DNA of 64,000 nucleotides from Escherichia coli (GTDB lineage Bacteria; Pseudomonadota; Gammaproteobacteria; Enterobacterales; Enterobacteriaceae): NCBI RefSeq assembly GCF_022846255.1, contig NZ_AP025682.1; one strand, 5' to 3'. Shown piece by piece: positions 42,302 to 53,878 of this stretch (position 1 is its first letter; each line of letters starts with the position of its first letter). The notes under the pieces were generated by a model. It saw only the letters and a program-made list of their open reading frames with translations, ran no database searches and was not told where the DNA came from. The position numbers and the translations under genes were made by a program.

Positions 42302-42655
42302 TAGCGTCAAAAAAGCCCCGGCAAGTTTTATTGTCGGGGCTATGATAGTAACTGCGGTAGTACATTTATCCCGGAAATAACCGGAGCGATTATCAGGGTT
42401 TAACAATATTAAATACCCGTAGCGCATCACTAGCGGGATTAAAACAACAATATGGACATCTTAACGATACTCTGCGCCTGCGTGTGCGGAACAGAAACCC
42501 TTACCCGATATACTTGTTATGCCAGAGGTAGCAATTGCGTTAGCGGCGTACTGTTGCTGTAAAGTATAACGCCTATATTTTACAGTTCAGTCCTCTTTTG
42601 CTTATTACAACCTTAAGTATATCAAGCATATAAAGATAATAAGAGACTGAACAAT

Positions 42656-44338
42656 ATGGTTACCTGGACCCAAATGTATATGCCGATGGGAGGACTGGGG
42701 CTATCCGCTCTGGTCGCCCTGATCCCGATAATATTCTTCTTCGTTGCACTCGCGGTATTACGTCTGAAAGGACATGTCGCTGGAGCAATAACCCTTATAT
42801 TATCTATCCTGATTGCAATATTCGCCTTTAAAATGCCGATTGATATGGCATTTGCTGCTGCGGGCTATGGCTTTATTTATGGATTATGGCCTATTGCGTG
42901 GATTATTGTCGCGGCGGTATTCCTGTATAAATTAACCGTTGCCAGCGGCCAGTTCGATATTATCCGCAGTTCGGTTATCTCCATCACCGACGATCAGCGT
43001 TTGCAGGTGTTACTGATTGGTTTCTCCTTTGGCGCGCTGCTGGAAGGGGCGGCTGGCTTTGGTGCGCCGGTGGCGATTACCGGTGCGCTGCTGGTGGGCC
43101 TGGGCTTCAAACCGTTATACGCGGCGGGGCTGTGTCTGATTGCCAATACTGCGCCGGTGGCGTTTGGTGCGTTGGGCGTGCCAATTCTGGTCGCCGGTCA
43201 GGTAACGGGAATCGATCCGTTCGACATTGGCGCAATGGCGGGACGTCAGTTACCGTTCCTGTCGGTTCTTGTGCCGTTCTGGCTGGTAGCAATGATGGAC
43301 GGCTGGAAAGGGGTGAAAGAGACGTGGCCAGCGGCGCTGGTTGCAGGGGGAAGCTTCGCTGTCACTCAGTTCTTTACCTCTAACTATATTGGTCCGGAAC
43401 TGCCGGATATTACTTCGGCGCTGGTGAGTATCGTCTCACTTTCTTTATTTCTTAAAGTCTGGCGGCCAAAAAATACCGAAACGGCAATCAGTATGGGACA
43501 ATCCGCAGGTGCGATGGTGGTGAATAAACCGTCTTCTGGCGGTCCCGTGCCTTCAGAATATCGTCTGGGGCAAATCATTCGTGCGTGGTCACCGTTTTTA
43601 ATCTTAACGGTGTTGGTCACCATCTGGACCATGAAGCCGTTTAAAGCGTTATTTGCTCCGGGCGGCGCGTTTTATTCACTGGTGATTAATTTCCAGATCC
43701 CTCATTTGCATCAACAAGTCTTGAAAGCGGCCCCCATTGTCGCCCAGCCGACGCCAATGGACGCGGTGTTTAAATTCGACCCCCTCTCCGCTGGCGGCAC
43801 CGCTATTTTTATTGCGGCGATTATCTCGATCTTCATCCTCGGCGTGGGGATCAAGAAAGGTATTGGTGTCTTTGCCGAAACGCTAATTAGTCTGAAGTGG
43901 CCGATATTGTCGATTGGCATGGTGCTGGCGTTCGCCTTCGTGACCAACTATTCCGGTATGTCCACCACGCTGGCGCTGGTACTGGCTGGTACAGGCGTGA
44001 TGTTCCCGTTCTTCTCACCGTTCCTCGGCTGGCTGGGCGTATTCCTTACCGGCTCTGACACTTCTTCAAACGCCCTGTTTGGTTCACTGCAATCGACCAC
44101 GGCGCAGCAAATCAACGTCTCTGACACCCTGCTGGTGGCAGCAAACACCAGCGGCGGCGTAACTGGCAAGATGATCTCCCCGCAATCTATCGCCGTGGCC
44201 TGCGCCGCGACGGGCATGGTGGGTCGAGAATCTGAACTGTTCCGCTACACCGTGAAGCACAGTCTGATTTTTGCCAGCGTTATCGGCATTATCACGCTGT
44301 TGCAGGCGTATGTGTTTACCGGGATGTTAGTTTCGTAA
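42656..44338 (+). CDS. glcA: Glycolate/lactate permease (LctP family), 560 aa
   Basis: Polytopic membrane protein; position after glcB. Confidence 0.92.
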   Translation: MVTWTQMYMPMGGLGLSALVALIPIIFFFVALAVLRLKGHVAGAITLILSILIAIFAFKMPIDMAFAAAGYGFIYGLWPIAWIIVAAVFLYKLTVASGQFDIIRSSVISITDDQRLQVLLIGFSFGALLEGAAGFGAPVAITGALLVGLGFKPLYAAGLCLIANTAPVAFGALGVPILVAGQVTGIDPFDIGAMAGRQLPFLSVLVPFWLVAMMDGWKGVKETWPAALVAGGSFAVTQFFTSNYIGPELPDITSALVSIVSLSLFLKVWRPKNTETAISMGQSAGAMVVNKPSSGGPVPSEYRLGQIIRAWSPFLILTVLVTIWTMKPFKALFAPGGAFYSLVINFQIPHLHQQVLKAAPIVAQPTPMDAVFKFDPLSAGGTAIFIAAIISIFILGVGIKKGIGVFAETLISLKWPILSIGMVLAFAFVTNYSGMSTTLALVLAGTGVMFPFFSPFLGWLGVFLTGSDTSSNALFGSLQSTTAQQINVSDTLLVAANTSGGVTGKMISPQSIAVACAATGMVGRESELFRYTVKHSLIFASVIGIITLLQAYVFTGMLVS

Positions 44339-44346
44339 GTCAATAA

Positions 44347-44375
44347 AGCCGGATGATCGTTAATATCATCCGGCT
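44347..44375. terminator. Rho-independent terminator after glcA
   Basis: 11-bp stem agccggatgat / atcatccggct, 7-nt loop, followed by tcgttt. Confidence 0.65.
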
Positions 44376-44821
44376 TCGTTTACATTATTCTGTCTTATTA
44401 ATGGAAAATTATTTCCTGCTTTATTATCCATGCGGCAATAATGTTTTGCGTTCAGATAACATGCTAAATAATTAAGAGCGTGAGAACATCTATTTTTTAT
44501 CACGCAAAACAAGTCTGTATTAATTATGTTCGCTTGATGAGCAAACTCCGTTCTATCTGTTGCTTTTGCAATCTTAATCGTTAAAACTACCAACAAATTT
44601 ATATAGTTACGTTGTGAATGGTTGTTAATTTTTTGTTTATTGAAATTTCGTAAAAATAACCAGCCAGACATCGAATAGGGGTTATTCTTATAAATTTCAC
44701 CTGTTTTTCTATCAATGATGCCGTTTTCTTAAGAATGGAGGAAGTTATTAAAGAAGATAAAGCATAAAACTATTTCCCCGGTTACGAATCTTTTAACTTT
44801 GTTTTGTCACTTGCGTTATTA

Positions 44822-47800
44822 ATGAATAAGAAATTTAAATATAAGAAATCGCTTTTAGCGGCTATTTTGAGTGCAACCCTGTTAGCCGGTTGTGATGGCG
44901 GTGGCTCCGGATCTTCCTCCGATACGCCGCCTGTAGATTCTGGAACAGGGTCTTTGCCGGAAGTGAAACCTGATCCAACACCAAACCCGGAGCCGACGCC
45001 TGAGCCAACGCCGGACCCAGAACCTACGCCGGAACCGACACCTGATCCTGAGCCAACACCAGAACCGGAGCCAGAACCTGTTCCTACGAAAACGGGTTAT
45101 CTGACCCTGGGCGGAAGCCAGCGGATAACTGGTGCTACCTGTAATGGTGAATCCAGCGATGGCTTTACCTTTACGCCAGGCGACAAAGTCACCTGTGTGG
45201 CAGGGAACAACACGACAATTGCTACCTTCGACACCCAGTCAGAAGCTGCGCGTAGCCTGCGTGCGGTTGAAAAAGTGTCGTTTAGTCTTGAGGACGCGCA
45301 AGAACTGGCGGCTTCCGATGACAAGAAAAGCAATGCGGTTTCGCTGGTAACGTCCAGTAACAGCTGTCCGGCGAATACAGAACAGGTTTGCCTGACGTTC
45401 TCCTCAGTGATCGAGAGTAAACGTTTCGACTCGCTGTATAAGCAAATCGATCTGGCACCGGAAGAGTTCAAAAAGCTGGTCAATGAAGAGGTGGAAAACA
45501 ATGCTGCGACTGATAAAGCGCCGTCCACCCATACCTCAACGGTAGTGCCAGTCACGACTGAGGGAACAAAACCGGATCTGAACGCGTCCTTCGTGTCGGC
45601 TAACGCGGAACAGTTTTATCAGTATCAACCCACTGAAATCATTCTTTCCGAAGGCCAACTGGTGGATAGCCTGGGGAACGGTGTTGCTGGCGTTGACTAC
45701 TACACCAATTCAGGCCGTGGCGTAACTGACGAAAACGGTAAATTCTCCTTTAGCTGGGGCGAAACCATCTCCTTTGGTATCGATACCTTTGAACTGGGCT
45801 CAGTACGTGGCAATAAGTCGACCATTGCGCTGACTGAATTGGGTGATGAAGTTCGCGGGGCAAATATCGATCAGCTCATTCATCGTTATTCGACGACTGG
45901 TCAAAATAATACCCGTGTTGTTCCGGACGATGTACGCAAGGTCTTTGCCGAATATCCCAACGTGATCAACGAGATAATCAATCTTTCGTTATCCAACGGT
46001 GCGACGCTGGATGAAGGCGATCAAAACGTTGTGCTGCCTAACGAATTTATCGAGCAGTTTAAGACGGGTCAGGCCAAAGAGATCGATACCGCGATTTGTG
46101 CGAAAACCAACGGTTGCAACGAGGCTCGCTGGTTCTCGCTGACAACGCGCAATGTTAATGACGGCCAGATTCAGGGCGTTATTAACAAGCTGTGGGGCGT
46201 GGATACGAACTATCAGTCTGTCAGCAAGTTCCACGTCTTCCATGACTCTACCAACTTCTATGGCAGCACCGGTAACGCGCGCGGTCAGGCGGTGGTGAAT
46301 ATCTCCAACGCGGCATTCCCGATTCTGATGGCGCGTAATGATAAAAACTACTGGCTGGCCTTCGGTGAAAAACGCGCCTGGGATAAAAATGAGCTGGCGT
46401 ACATTACGGAAGCGCCTTCCATTGTGCAGCCAGAGAACGTTACGCGCGATACCGCGACCTTCAACCTGCCGTTTATTTCGCTGGGGCAAGTCGGCGACGG
46501 CAAACTGATGGTTATCGGTAACCCGCACTACAACAGCATTTTGCGTTGCCCTAATGGTTACAGTTGGAACGGGGGCGTTAATAAAGACGGGCAGTGTACG
46601 CTCAGCGGTGATTCTGATGACATGAAGCACTTTATGCAGAACGTACTGCGCTATCTGTCCGACGATAAATGGACGCCGGACGCGAAAGCCAGCATGACCG
46701 TAGGCACCAACCTGGATACCGTCTATTTCAAACGTCATGGTCAGGTCACTGGGAACAGTGCTCCATTTGGCTTCCATCCGGATTTTGCAGGTATCTCTGT
46801 TAAACATTTGACCAGCTATGGTGATCTAAATCCGGAAGAAGTTCCGTTGCTGATCCTCAACGGCTTTGAATATGTGACTCAGTGGTCTGGCGATCCCTAT
46901 GCTGTGCCTCTGCGTGCAGATACCAGCAAACCGAAGCTGACTCAGCAGGATGTGACTGATCTGATCGCCTATCTGAACAAAGGCGGTTCGGTGCTGATCA
47001 TGGAAAACGTGATGAGCAATCTTAAGGAAGAGAGCGCGTCCAGTTTTGTGCGTCTGCTGGATGCCGCGGGTCTGTCAATGGCTCTGAACAAATCGGTGGT
47101 GAACAACGATCCGCAGGGTTATCCGAACCGCGTGCGCCAGCGCCGAGCGACTGGCATTTGGGTTTATGAACGTTATCCGGTTGTGGAAGGTGCGCTGCCG
47201 TACACCATTAATTCTGAGACAGGCGAAGTTACCTGGAAATATCAGATTGATAACAAACCTGATAAGAAACCGAAGCTGGAAGTTGCCAGTTGGCAAGAAG
47301 AGGTTGATGGTGAACAAGTAACTCAATACGCGTTTATTGATGAAGCCGACTACAAAACGCCTGAGTTGCTGGCTGCGGCGAAGAAGAGAATTCTGGATGC
47401 GTTCCCTGGGCTGGAAGAGTGTAAGGATCCTGACTATCACTATGAGGTCAACTGCCTCGAATACCGTCCAGGCACGGGGGTTCCTGTAACGCCAGAGAAT
47501 AATACTGGCATGTTTGTTCCACGCTATACGCAACTGAATCTTGACGCCGACACTGCGAAAGCGATGGTGCAGGCTGCAGATTTAGGCACCAACATTCAGC
47601 GCCTGTATCAACATGAGCTTTATTTCCGTACTAAAGGCAGTAAAGGCGAACGTCTGAACAGCGTCGATCTCGAACGTCTGTACCAGAACATGTCGGTCTG
47701 GCTGTGGAACGATACGAAATATCGTTACGAAGAGGGCAAGGAAGATGAGCTGGGCTTTAAAACGTTCACCGAGTTCCTGAACTGCTACGCCAATGATGCC

Positions 47801-49396
47801 TATGCAGGCGGCACCAAGTGCTCCGCAGATCTGAAAAAATCGCTGGTCGATAACAACATGATCTACGGTGACGGTAGCAGCAAAGCGGGCATGATGAACC
47901 CAAGCTATCCGCTCAACTATATGGAAAAACCGCTGACGCGTCTGATGCTGGGCCGTTCCTGGTGGGATCTGAACATCAAAGTTGATGTCGAGAAGTATCC
48001 GGGAGCAGTATCGGAAGAGGGACAGAACGTTACTGAAACCATCAGCCTGTACTCGAATCCGACCAAATGGTTTGCAGGTAACATGCAATCAACTGGCCTG
48101 TGGGCTCCGGCTCAGAAAGAGGTCACCATTGAGTCTTCTGCATCAGTTCCTGTGACTGTCACCGTGGCGCTGGCCGACGACCTTACCGGACGTGAGAAGC
48201 ATGAAGTCGCTCTGAACCGTCCGCCAAAAGTGACGAAAACCTATGAGCTGAAAGCCAATGGTGAGGTGAAGTTTACGGTTCCTTACGGTGGTCTGATTTA
48301 TATCAAGGGCAACAGCCCACAGAATGAGTCAGCCGAATTCACCTTTACTGGTGTGGTGAAAGCGCCGTTCTATAAAGATGGCGCATGGAAAAACGCTCTG
48401 AACTCCCCTGCGCCGTTGGGCGAGCTGGAGTCAGACGCTTTCGTCTACACCACGCCGAAGAAGAACCTTGAGGCCAGCAATTTCACTGGTGGCGTAGCAG
48501 AATTCGCTAAAGATCTGGATACCTTTGCCAGCTCGATGAATGACTTCTACGGTCGTAATGATGAAGACGGTAAGCACCGGATGTTTACCTATAAAAACTT
48601 GACGGGCCACAAGCATCGTTTCACCAACGATGTGCAGATCTCCATCGGTGATGCGCACTCTGGTTATCCGGTAATGAACAGCAGCTTCTCGACGAACAGC
48701 ACCACGCTGCCGACGACGCCGCTGAACGACTGGCTGATCTGGCACGAAGTTGGTCACAACGCCGCCGAAACGCCGCTGACTGTTCCTGGCGCAACTGAAG
48801 TAGCGAACAACGTGCTGGCGCTGTACATGCAGGATCGCTATCTCGGCAAGATGAACCGTGTCGCTGACGACATTACCGTCGCGCCGGAATATCTGGAGGA
48901 GAGCAACGGTCAGGCATGGGCGCGCGGCGGTGCGGGTGACCGTCTGCTGATGTACGCACAGCTGAAAGAGTGGGCAGAGAAAAACTTTGATATCAAACAG
49001 TGGTATCCAGAAGGTGACCTGCCTAAGTTCTACAGCGATCGTGAAGGGATGAAAGGCTGGAACCTGTTCCAGTTGATGCACCGTAAAGCACGCGGCGATG
49101 AGGTTGGCAAAACCAAGTTTGGCGAAAGAAATTACTGTGCCGAATCCAACGGTAACGCTGCCGACAAGCTGATGCTGTGTGCATCCTGGGTCGCCCAGAC
49201 GGATCTTTCGGAGTTCTTTAAGAAATGGAATCCGGGCGCGAATGCTTACCAGTTGCCGGGAGCGAGCGAGATGAACTTCGAGGGCGGTGTGAGCCAGTCG
49301 GCTTACGAGACACTGGCGGCGCTTAATCTGCCGAAACCGCAGCAAGGGCCGGAAACCATTAATCAGGTTACCGAGCATAAGATGTCAGCTGAGTAA
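44822..49396 (+). CDS. sslE: Secreted lipoprotein mucinase SslE (M60-like zinc metalloprotease), about 1524 aa
   Basis: Lipobox LLAGC after signal peptide; HEVGH zinc motif near C-terminus (LIWHEVGHNAAE); start set at ATG 44822; also known as yghJ. Confidence 0.9.
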   Translation: MNKKFKYKKSLLAAILSATLLAGCDGGGSGSSSDTPPVDSGTGSLPEVKPDPTPNPEPTPEPTPDPEPTPEPTPDPEPTPEPEPEPVPTKTGYLTLGGSQRITGATCNGESSDGFTFTPGDKVTCVAGNNTTIATFDTQSEAARSLRAVEKVSFSLEDAQELAASDDKKSNAVSLVTSSNSCPANTEQVCLTFSSVIESKRFDSLYKQIDLAPEEFKKLVNEEVENNAATDKAPSTHTSTVVPVTTEGTKPDLNASFVSANAEQFYQYQPTEIILSEGQLVDSLGNGVAGVDYYTNSGRGVTDENGKFSFSWGETISFGIDTFELGSVRGNKSTIALTELGDEVRGANIDQLIHRYSTTGQNNTRVVPDDVRKVFAEYPNVINEIINLSLSNGATLDEGDQNVVLPNEFIEQFKTGQAKEIDTAICAKTNGCNEARWFSLTTRNVNDGQIQGVINKLWGVDTNYQSVSKFHVFHDSTNFYGSTGNARGQAVVNISNAAFPILMARNDKNYWLAFGEKRAWDKNELAYITEAPSIVQPENVTRDTATFNLPFISLGQVGDGKLMVIGNPHYNSILRCPNGYSWNGGVNKDGQCTLSGDSDDMKHFMQNVLRYLSDDKWTPDAKASMTVGTNLDTVYFKRHGQVTGNSAPFGFHPDFAGISVKHLTSYGDLNPEEVPLLILNGFEYVTQWSGDPYAVPLRADTSKPKLTQQDVTDLIAYLNKGGSVLIMENVMSNLKEESASSFVRLLDAAGLSMALNKSVVNNDPQGYPNRVRQRRATGIWVYERYPVVEGALPYTINSETGEVTWKYQIDNKPDKKPKLEVASWQEEVDGEQVTQYAFIDEADYKTPELLAAAKKRILDAFPGLEECKDPDYHYEVNCLEYRPGTGVPVTPENNTGMFVPRYTQLNLDADTAKAMVQAADLGTNIQRLYQHELYFRTKGSKGERLNSVDLERLYQNMSVWLWNDTKYRYEEGKEDELGFKTFTEFLNCYANDAYAGGTKCSADLKKSLVDNNMIYGDGSSKAGMMNPSYPLNYMEKPLTRLMLGRSWWDLNIKVDVEKYPGAVSEEGQNVTETISLYSNPTKWFAGNMQSTGLWAPAQKEVTIESSASVPVTVTVALADDLTGREKHEVALNRPPKVTKTYELKANGEVKFTVPYGGLIYIKGNSPQNESAEFTFTGVVKAPFYKDGAWKNALNSPAPLGELESDAFVYTTPKKNLEASNFTGGVAEFAKDLDTFASSMNDFYGRNDEDGKHRMFTYKNLTGHKHRFTNDVQISIGDAHSGYPVMNSSFSTNSTTLPTTPLNDWLIWHEVGHNAAETPLTVPGATEVANNVLALYMQDRYLGKMNRVADDITVAPEYLEESNGQAWARGGAGDRLLMYAQLKEWAEKNFDIKQWYPEGDLPKFYSDREGMKGWNLFQLMHRKARGDEVGKTKFGERNYCAESNGNAADKLMLCASWVAQTDLSEFFKKWNPGANAYQLPGASEMNFEGGVSQSAYETLAALNLPKPQQGPETINQVTEHKMSAE
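44978..45067 (+). repeat. Three imperfect 30-nt tandem repeats encoding Pro/Glu/Thr-rich linker (EPTPEPTPDP)x3 inside sslE
   Basis: Read directly: gagccgacgcctgagccaacgccggaccca / gaacctacgccggaaccgacacctgatcct / gagccaacaccagaaccggagccagaacct. Confidence 0.8.
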
Positions 49397-49397
49397 G

Positions 49398-49510
49398 CCT
49401 GTATGCCGGATAAGGCGCTCGCGCCGCATCCGGCATGAAATAAGGCGCATCGGGCCTGAAGGAAAGCCGTATGGCATACACCCGCAGGCCCGCATCCGGC
49501 AAGTTACAAC
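49398..49510. repeat. REP/BIME elements between sslE and pppA
   Basis: gccggataaggcgctcgcgccgcatccggc and ggcccgcatccggcaag match REP consensus. Confidence 0.8.
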
Positions 49511-49525
49511 AAATAACCTTTAACC

Positions 49526-50335
49526 ATGCTTTTTGATGTTTTTCAGCAATACCCTGCGGCGATGCCCATACTGGCAACCGTCGGAGGATTGATCATCGGC
49601 AGTTTTTTGAATGTGGTGATTTGGCGTTACCCCATCATGCTGCGCCAACAAATGGCGGAGTTTCATGGTGAAATGCCGAGTGCGCAGTCAAAAATAAGCC
49701 TTGCGCTACCGCGTTCGCACTGTCCGCATTGCCAGCAGACCATCCGCGTTCGTGACAATATTCCGCTGCTCTCATGGTTGATGCTCAAAGGGCGCTGCCG
49801 CGACTGTCAGGCGAAAATCAGCAAGCGTTATCCGCTGGTTGAGTTATTGACAGCACTCGCTTTTTTGCTGGCGAGTCTGGTGTGGCCAGAAAGTGGATGG
49901 GGGCTGGCGGTGATGATATTATCCGCCTGGCTGATTGCCGCGAGCGTCATTGACCTCGACAACCAATGGCTGCCCGATGTTTTTACTCAGGGCGTATTGT
50001 GGACCGGGCTGATTGCAGCATGGGTGCAACAGAGTCCGTTAACGCTACAAGACGCAGTTACCGGCGTACTGGTGGGATTTATCACTTTTTACTCCCTGCG
50101 CTGGATAGCCGGAATAGTTCTGCGTAAAGAAGCATTAGGCATGGGCGATGTATTATTGTTCGCTGCGTTAGGTAGTTGGGTGGGGCCGTTATCACTGCCC
50201 AATGTTGCTTTAATCGCCTCATGCTGCGGCCTGATATATGCCGTTATTACAAAAAGAGGATCAACCACACTGCCTTTTGGACCGTGTTTAAGTCTGGGCG
50301 GTATAGCAACACTTTATCTACAGGCATTGTTTTAA
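49526..50335 (+). CDS. pppA: Prepilin peptidase (type IV prepilin leader peptidase / N-methyltransferase), 269 aa
   Basis: CxxC...CxxC zinc motif pairs and polytopic profile; position before T2SS genes. Confidence 0.9.
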   Translation: MLFDVFQQYPAAMPILATVGGLIIGSFLNVVIWRYPIMLRQQMAEFHGEMPSAQSKISLALPRSHCPHCQQTIRVRDNIPLLSWLMLKGRCRDCQAKISKRYPLVELLTALAFLLASLVWPESGWGLAVMILSAWLIAASVIDLDNQWLPDVFTQGVLWTGLIAAWVQQSPLTLQDAVTGVLVGFITFYSLRWIAGIVLRKEALGMGDVLLFAALGSWVGPLSLPNVALIASCCGLIYAVITKRGSTTLPFGPCLSLGGIATLYLQALF

Positions 50336-50400
50336 TGATAACCACGTCATTATCAAAGTGACATTTTAACTCTTATTAATAACCTTAGAGATTATTTACC

Positions 50401-50811
50401 ATGTCGATAAAACAAATGCCAGGGAGGGTATTAATATCGCTATTGTTGAGCGTTACAGGATTATTAAGTGGCTGTGCCGGCCATAATGAAAATGCCAGTT
50501 TACTGGCGAAAAAACAGGCGCAAAATATCAGCCAAAACCTGCCGATTAAATCTGCGGGATATACCTTAGTGCTGGCACAAAGTAGCGGCACGACGGTAAA
50601 AATGACCATTATCAGCGAAGCGGGTACTCAGACCACGCAGACACCTGACGCCTTTTTAACCAGCTATCAACGACAAATGTGCGCTGACCCAACGGTGAAA
50701 TTAATGATTACCGAGGGAATTAATTACAGCATAACGATTAATGATACACGTACAGGTAACCAGTATCAGCGGAAACTGGATCGTACCACCTGTGGAATAG
50801 TCAAAGCATAA
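50401..50811 (+). CDS. yghG: T2SS-beta pilotin lipoprotein (GspS-beta), 136 aa
   Basis: Lipobox LLSGCAG; immediately upstream of gspC-gspD. Confidence 0.85.
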   Translation: MSIKQMPGRVLISLLLSVTGLLSGCAGHNENASLLAKKQAQNISQNLPIKSAGYTLVLAQSSGTTVKMTIISEAGTQTTQTPDAFLTSYQRQMCADPTVKLMITEGINYSITINDTRTGNQYQRKLDRTTCGIVKA

Positions 50812-50828
50812 CGTCGGGTAGATATAAA

Positions 50829-51788
50829 TTGGCGCGGGTTGTTTTTCGTGACGCACGAATTTATCTCATTCAATGGCTGACAAAAATTCGTCACACTCTT
50901 AACCAGAGACAATCTCTTAATACAGACAAAGAGCATCTGCGAAAAATTGCACGCGGGATGTTCTGGCTGATGCTGCTTATTATTTCTGCAAAAGTGGCGC
51001 ATTCACTCTGGCGCTATTTCTCCTTTTCTGCGGAATATACGGCGGTTTCCCCATCGGCGAATAAACCGCCCCGTGCAGATGCAAAAACGTTCGATAAAAA
51101 TGACGTGCAATTAATCAGCCAGCAAAACTGGTTTGGCAAATATCAGCCCGTCGCCGCACCGGTAAAACAACCTGAACCTGTGCCTGTGGCAGAAACGCGT
51201 CTTAATGTGGTGCTGCGCGGGATCGCCTTTGGTGCCAGACCCGGCGCGGTGATTGAAGAAGGCGGCAAACAGCAGGTCTATTTACAGGGCGAACGGCTTG
51301 GCTCTCACAACGCGGTGATTGAGGAAATTAATCGTGACCATGTGATGCTGCGCTATCAGGGGAAAATGGAACGTCTGAGTCTGGCAGAAGAGAAGCGTCC
51401 CACCATAGCCGTGACCAGCAAAAAAGCCGTCAGCGACGAAGCAAAGCAAGCTGTTGCTGAGCCTGCTGCCAGTGCGCCAGTTGAGATCCCGGCTGCCGTG
51501 CGTCAGGCACTGGCGAAAGATCCGCAGAAAATTTTTAACTATATCCAGCTTACGCCTGTGCGTAAGGAAGGGATTGTCGGTTATGCAGTGAAACCGGGGG
51601 CAGATCGTTCTCTGTTCGATGCCAGCGGTTTTAAGGAAGGCGATATCGCCATTGCGCTAAATCAGCAGGATTTCACTGATCCACGAGCAATGATTGCTCT
51701 GATGCGGCAGTTACCTTCAATGGATTCCATTCAACTTACGGTTTTACGCAAGGGTGCGCGCTACGACATTTCCATCGCGCTGCGCTAA
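50829..51788 (+). CDS. gspC: Type II secretion system protein C (beta system); start uncertain (TTG 50829 or ATG 50958)
   Basis: Single TM MFWLMLLIISAKVAHSLW followed by periplasmic domain with C-terminal PDZ-like region; operon position. Confidence 0.8.
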   Translation: MARVVFRDARIYLIQWLTKIRHTLNQRQSLNTDKEHLRKIARGMFWLMLLIISAKVAHSLWRYFSFSAEYTAVSPSANKPPRADAKTFDKNDVQLISQQNWFGKYQPVAAPVKQPEPVPVAETRLNVVLRGIAFGARPGAVIEEGGKQQVYLQGERLGSHNAVIEEINRDHVMLRYQGKMERLSLAEEKRPTIAVTSKKAVSDEAKQAVAEPAASAPVEIPAAVRQALAKDPQKIFNYIQLTPVRKEGIVGYAVKPGADRSLFDASGFKEGDIAIALNQQDFTDPRAMIALMRQLPSMDSIQLTVLRKGARYDISIALR

Positions 51789-51817
51789 CCGCATTTAATC
51801 CAGGAGAATCATTCATC

Positions 51818-53878
51818 GTGTTTTGGCGTGATATGACGTTGTCGGTCTGGCGTAAGAAGACAACTGGCCTCAAAACAAAAAAGCGTTTACTGGCGCTGGT
51901 GCTGGCAGCGGCATTATGCAGTTCACCGGTCTGGGCGGAAGAAGCCACTTTCACCGCTAATTTTAAAGATACCGACCTGAAATCGTTCATCGAAACCGTC
52001 GGCGCTAACCTTAATAAAACCATCATTATGGGGCCGGGCGTTCAGGGGAAAGTGAGTATTCGCACCATGACCCCGCTCAATGAACGCCAGTATTACCAGC
52101 TATTCCTTAACCTGCTGGAAGCACAGGGGTATGCCGTCGTACCGATGGAAAACGACGTGCTGAAGGTGGTGAAATCCAGTGCCGCGAAAGTCGAGCCGCT
52201 GCCGCTGGTTGGTGAAGGCAGCGACAACTACGCGGGCGATGAAATGGTCACCAAAGTCGTGCCGGTACGTAATGTGTCGGTACGCGAGTTGGCACCGATT
52301 CTGCGCCAGATGATCGACAGCGCAGGCTCAGGCAACGTTGTTAATTACGATCCCTCCAACGTGATTATGCTTACCGGACGCGCCTCAGTTGTGGAGCGCC
52401 TGACGGAAGTGATCCAGCGCGTGGATCATGCGGGTAATCGCACCGAAGAGGTGATCCCGCTGGATAACGCCTCGGCTTCGGAAATCGCCCGCGTGCTGGA
52501 AAGCCTGACGAAAAACAGCGGCGAGAACCAGCCTGCGACGCTGAAATCTCAAATTGTCGCCGACGAACGCACCAACAGTGTGATTGTCAGTGGTGACCCG
52601 GCCACGCGGGACAAAATGCGCCGCCTGATCCGTCGGCTGGACTCAGAAATGGAGCGCAGCGGCAACAGCCAGGTTTTCTATCTCAAATACAGCAAAGCCG
52701 AAGATCTGGTCGATGTACTGAAGCAGGTCAGCGGCACGCTCACGGCGGCTAAAGAAGAGGCGGAAGGCACCGTCGGTAGCGGGCGTGAGGTTGTCTCCAT
52801 CGCCGCCAGCAAACACAGTAATGCCCTGATTGTTACCGCGCCGCAGGACATCATGCAGTCGCTGCAAAGCGTGATTGAACAACTGGATATTCGCCGTGCT
52901 CAGGTGCACGTCGAGGCGTTGATCGTGGAAGTTGCCGAAGGTAGCAATATCAATTTCGGCGTGCAGTGGGCGTCGAAAGATGCCGGATTAATGCAGTTTG
53001 CTAACGGTACGCAGATCCCTATTGGCACGCTGGGTGCAGCCATTTCTCAGGCGAAACCGCAGAAAGGCTCCACGGTGATCAGTGAAAACGGCGCTACCAC
53101 CATTAACCCGGATACTAACGGCGATCTCTCCACGCTCGCTCAGCTTCTTTCTGGCTTTAGCGGTACGGCGGTTGGCGTGGTGAAAGGCGACTGGATGGCG
53201 CTGGTACAGGCGGTCAAAAACGACTCCAGCTCGAACGTGCTCTCCACGCCGAGTATCACCACGCTGGACAACCAGGAAGCCTTCTTCATGGTGGGCCAGG
53301 ACGTTCCGGTATTAACCGGCTCTACTGTTGGCTCTAATAACAGCAATCCTTTCAATACGGTAGAGAGGAAAAAAGTCGGCATCATGCTGAAAGTCACGCC
53401 GCAGATTAACGAAGGAAACGCGGTACAGATGGTGATTGAGCAGGAAGTGTCGAAGGTGGAAGGACAGACCAGTCTCGACGTCGTGTTTGGCGAGCGCAAA
53501 CTGAAAACCACCGTGCTGGCAAACGATGGTGAGCTGATCGTGCTTGGCGGTCTGATGGACGATCAGGCGGGAGAAAGCGTGGCGAAAGTGCCGCTGCTTG
53601 GCGATATCCCATTGATTGGTAACCTGTTTAAATCGACGGCGGATAAAAAAGAAAAACGTAACCTGATGGTATTTATCCGCCCGACCATTCTGCGTGACGG
53701 TATGGCGGCAGACGGCGTGTCGCAGCGCAAATATAACTATATGCGCGCCGAACAGATCTATCGCGATGAGCAAGGCTTGAGCCTGATGCCGCACACCGCG
53801 CAGCCGGTACTGCCAGCGCAAAATCAGGCTCTACCGCCAGAAGTTCGCGCGTTCCTTAATGCCGGGAGAACGCGTTAA
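51818..53878 (+). CDS. gspD: Type II secretion system secretin, 686 aa
   Basis: GTG start with AGGAGA RBS; signal peptide; secretin C-domain ([14 protein letters not shown]). Confidence 0.9.
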   Translation: MFWRDMTLSVWRKKTTGLKTKKRLLALVLAAALCSSPVWAEEATFTANFKDTDLKSFIETVGANLNKTIIMGPGVQGKVSIRTMTPLNERQYYQLFLNLLEAQGYAVVPMENDVLKVVKSSAAKVEPLPLVGEGSDNYAGDEMVTKVVPVRNVSVRELAPILRQMIDSAGSGNVVNYDPSNVIMLTGRASVVERLTEVIQRVDHAGNRTEEVIPLDNASASEIARVLESLTKNSGENQPATLKSQIVADERTNSVIVSGDPATRDKMRRLIRRLDSEMERSGNSQVFYLKYSKAEDLVDVLKQVSGTLTAAKEEAEGTVGSGREVVSIAASKHSNALIVTAPQDIMQSLQSVIEQLDIRRAQVHVEALIVEVAEGSNINFGVQWASKDAGLMQFANGTQIPIGTLGAAISQAKPQKGSTVISENGATTINPDTNGDLSTLAQLLSGFSGTAVGVVKGDWMALVQAVKNDSSSNVLSTPSITTLDNQEAFFMVGQDVPVLTGSTVGSNNSNPFNTVERKKVGIMLKVTPQINEGNAVQMVIEQEVSKVEGQTSLDVVFGERKLKTTVLANDGELIVLGGLMDDQAGESVAKVPLLGDIPLIGNLFKSTADKKEKRNLMVFIRPTILRDGMAADGVSQRKYNYMRAEQIYRDEQGLSLMPHTAQPVLPAQNQALPPEVRAFLNAGRTR

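Noticed and set aside
45989-49378. Several long minus-strand ORFs (152-315 aa) inside sslE
   Set aside because: Antisense to a 1524-codon gene with clear lipobox and zinc-protease motifs; composition consistent with shadow ORFs
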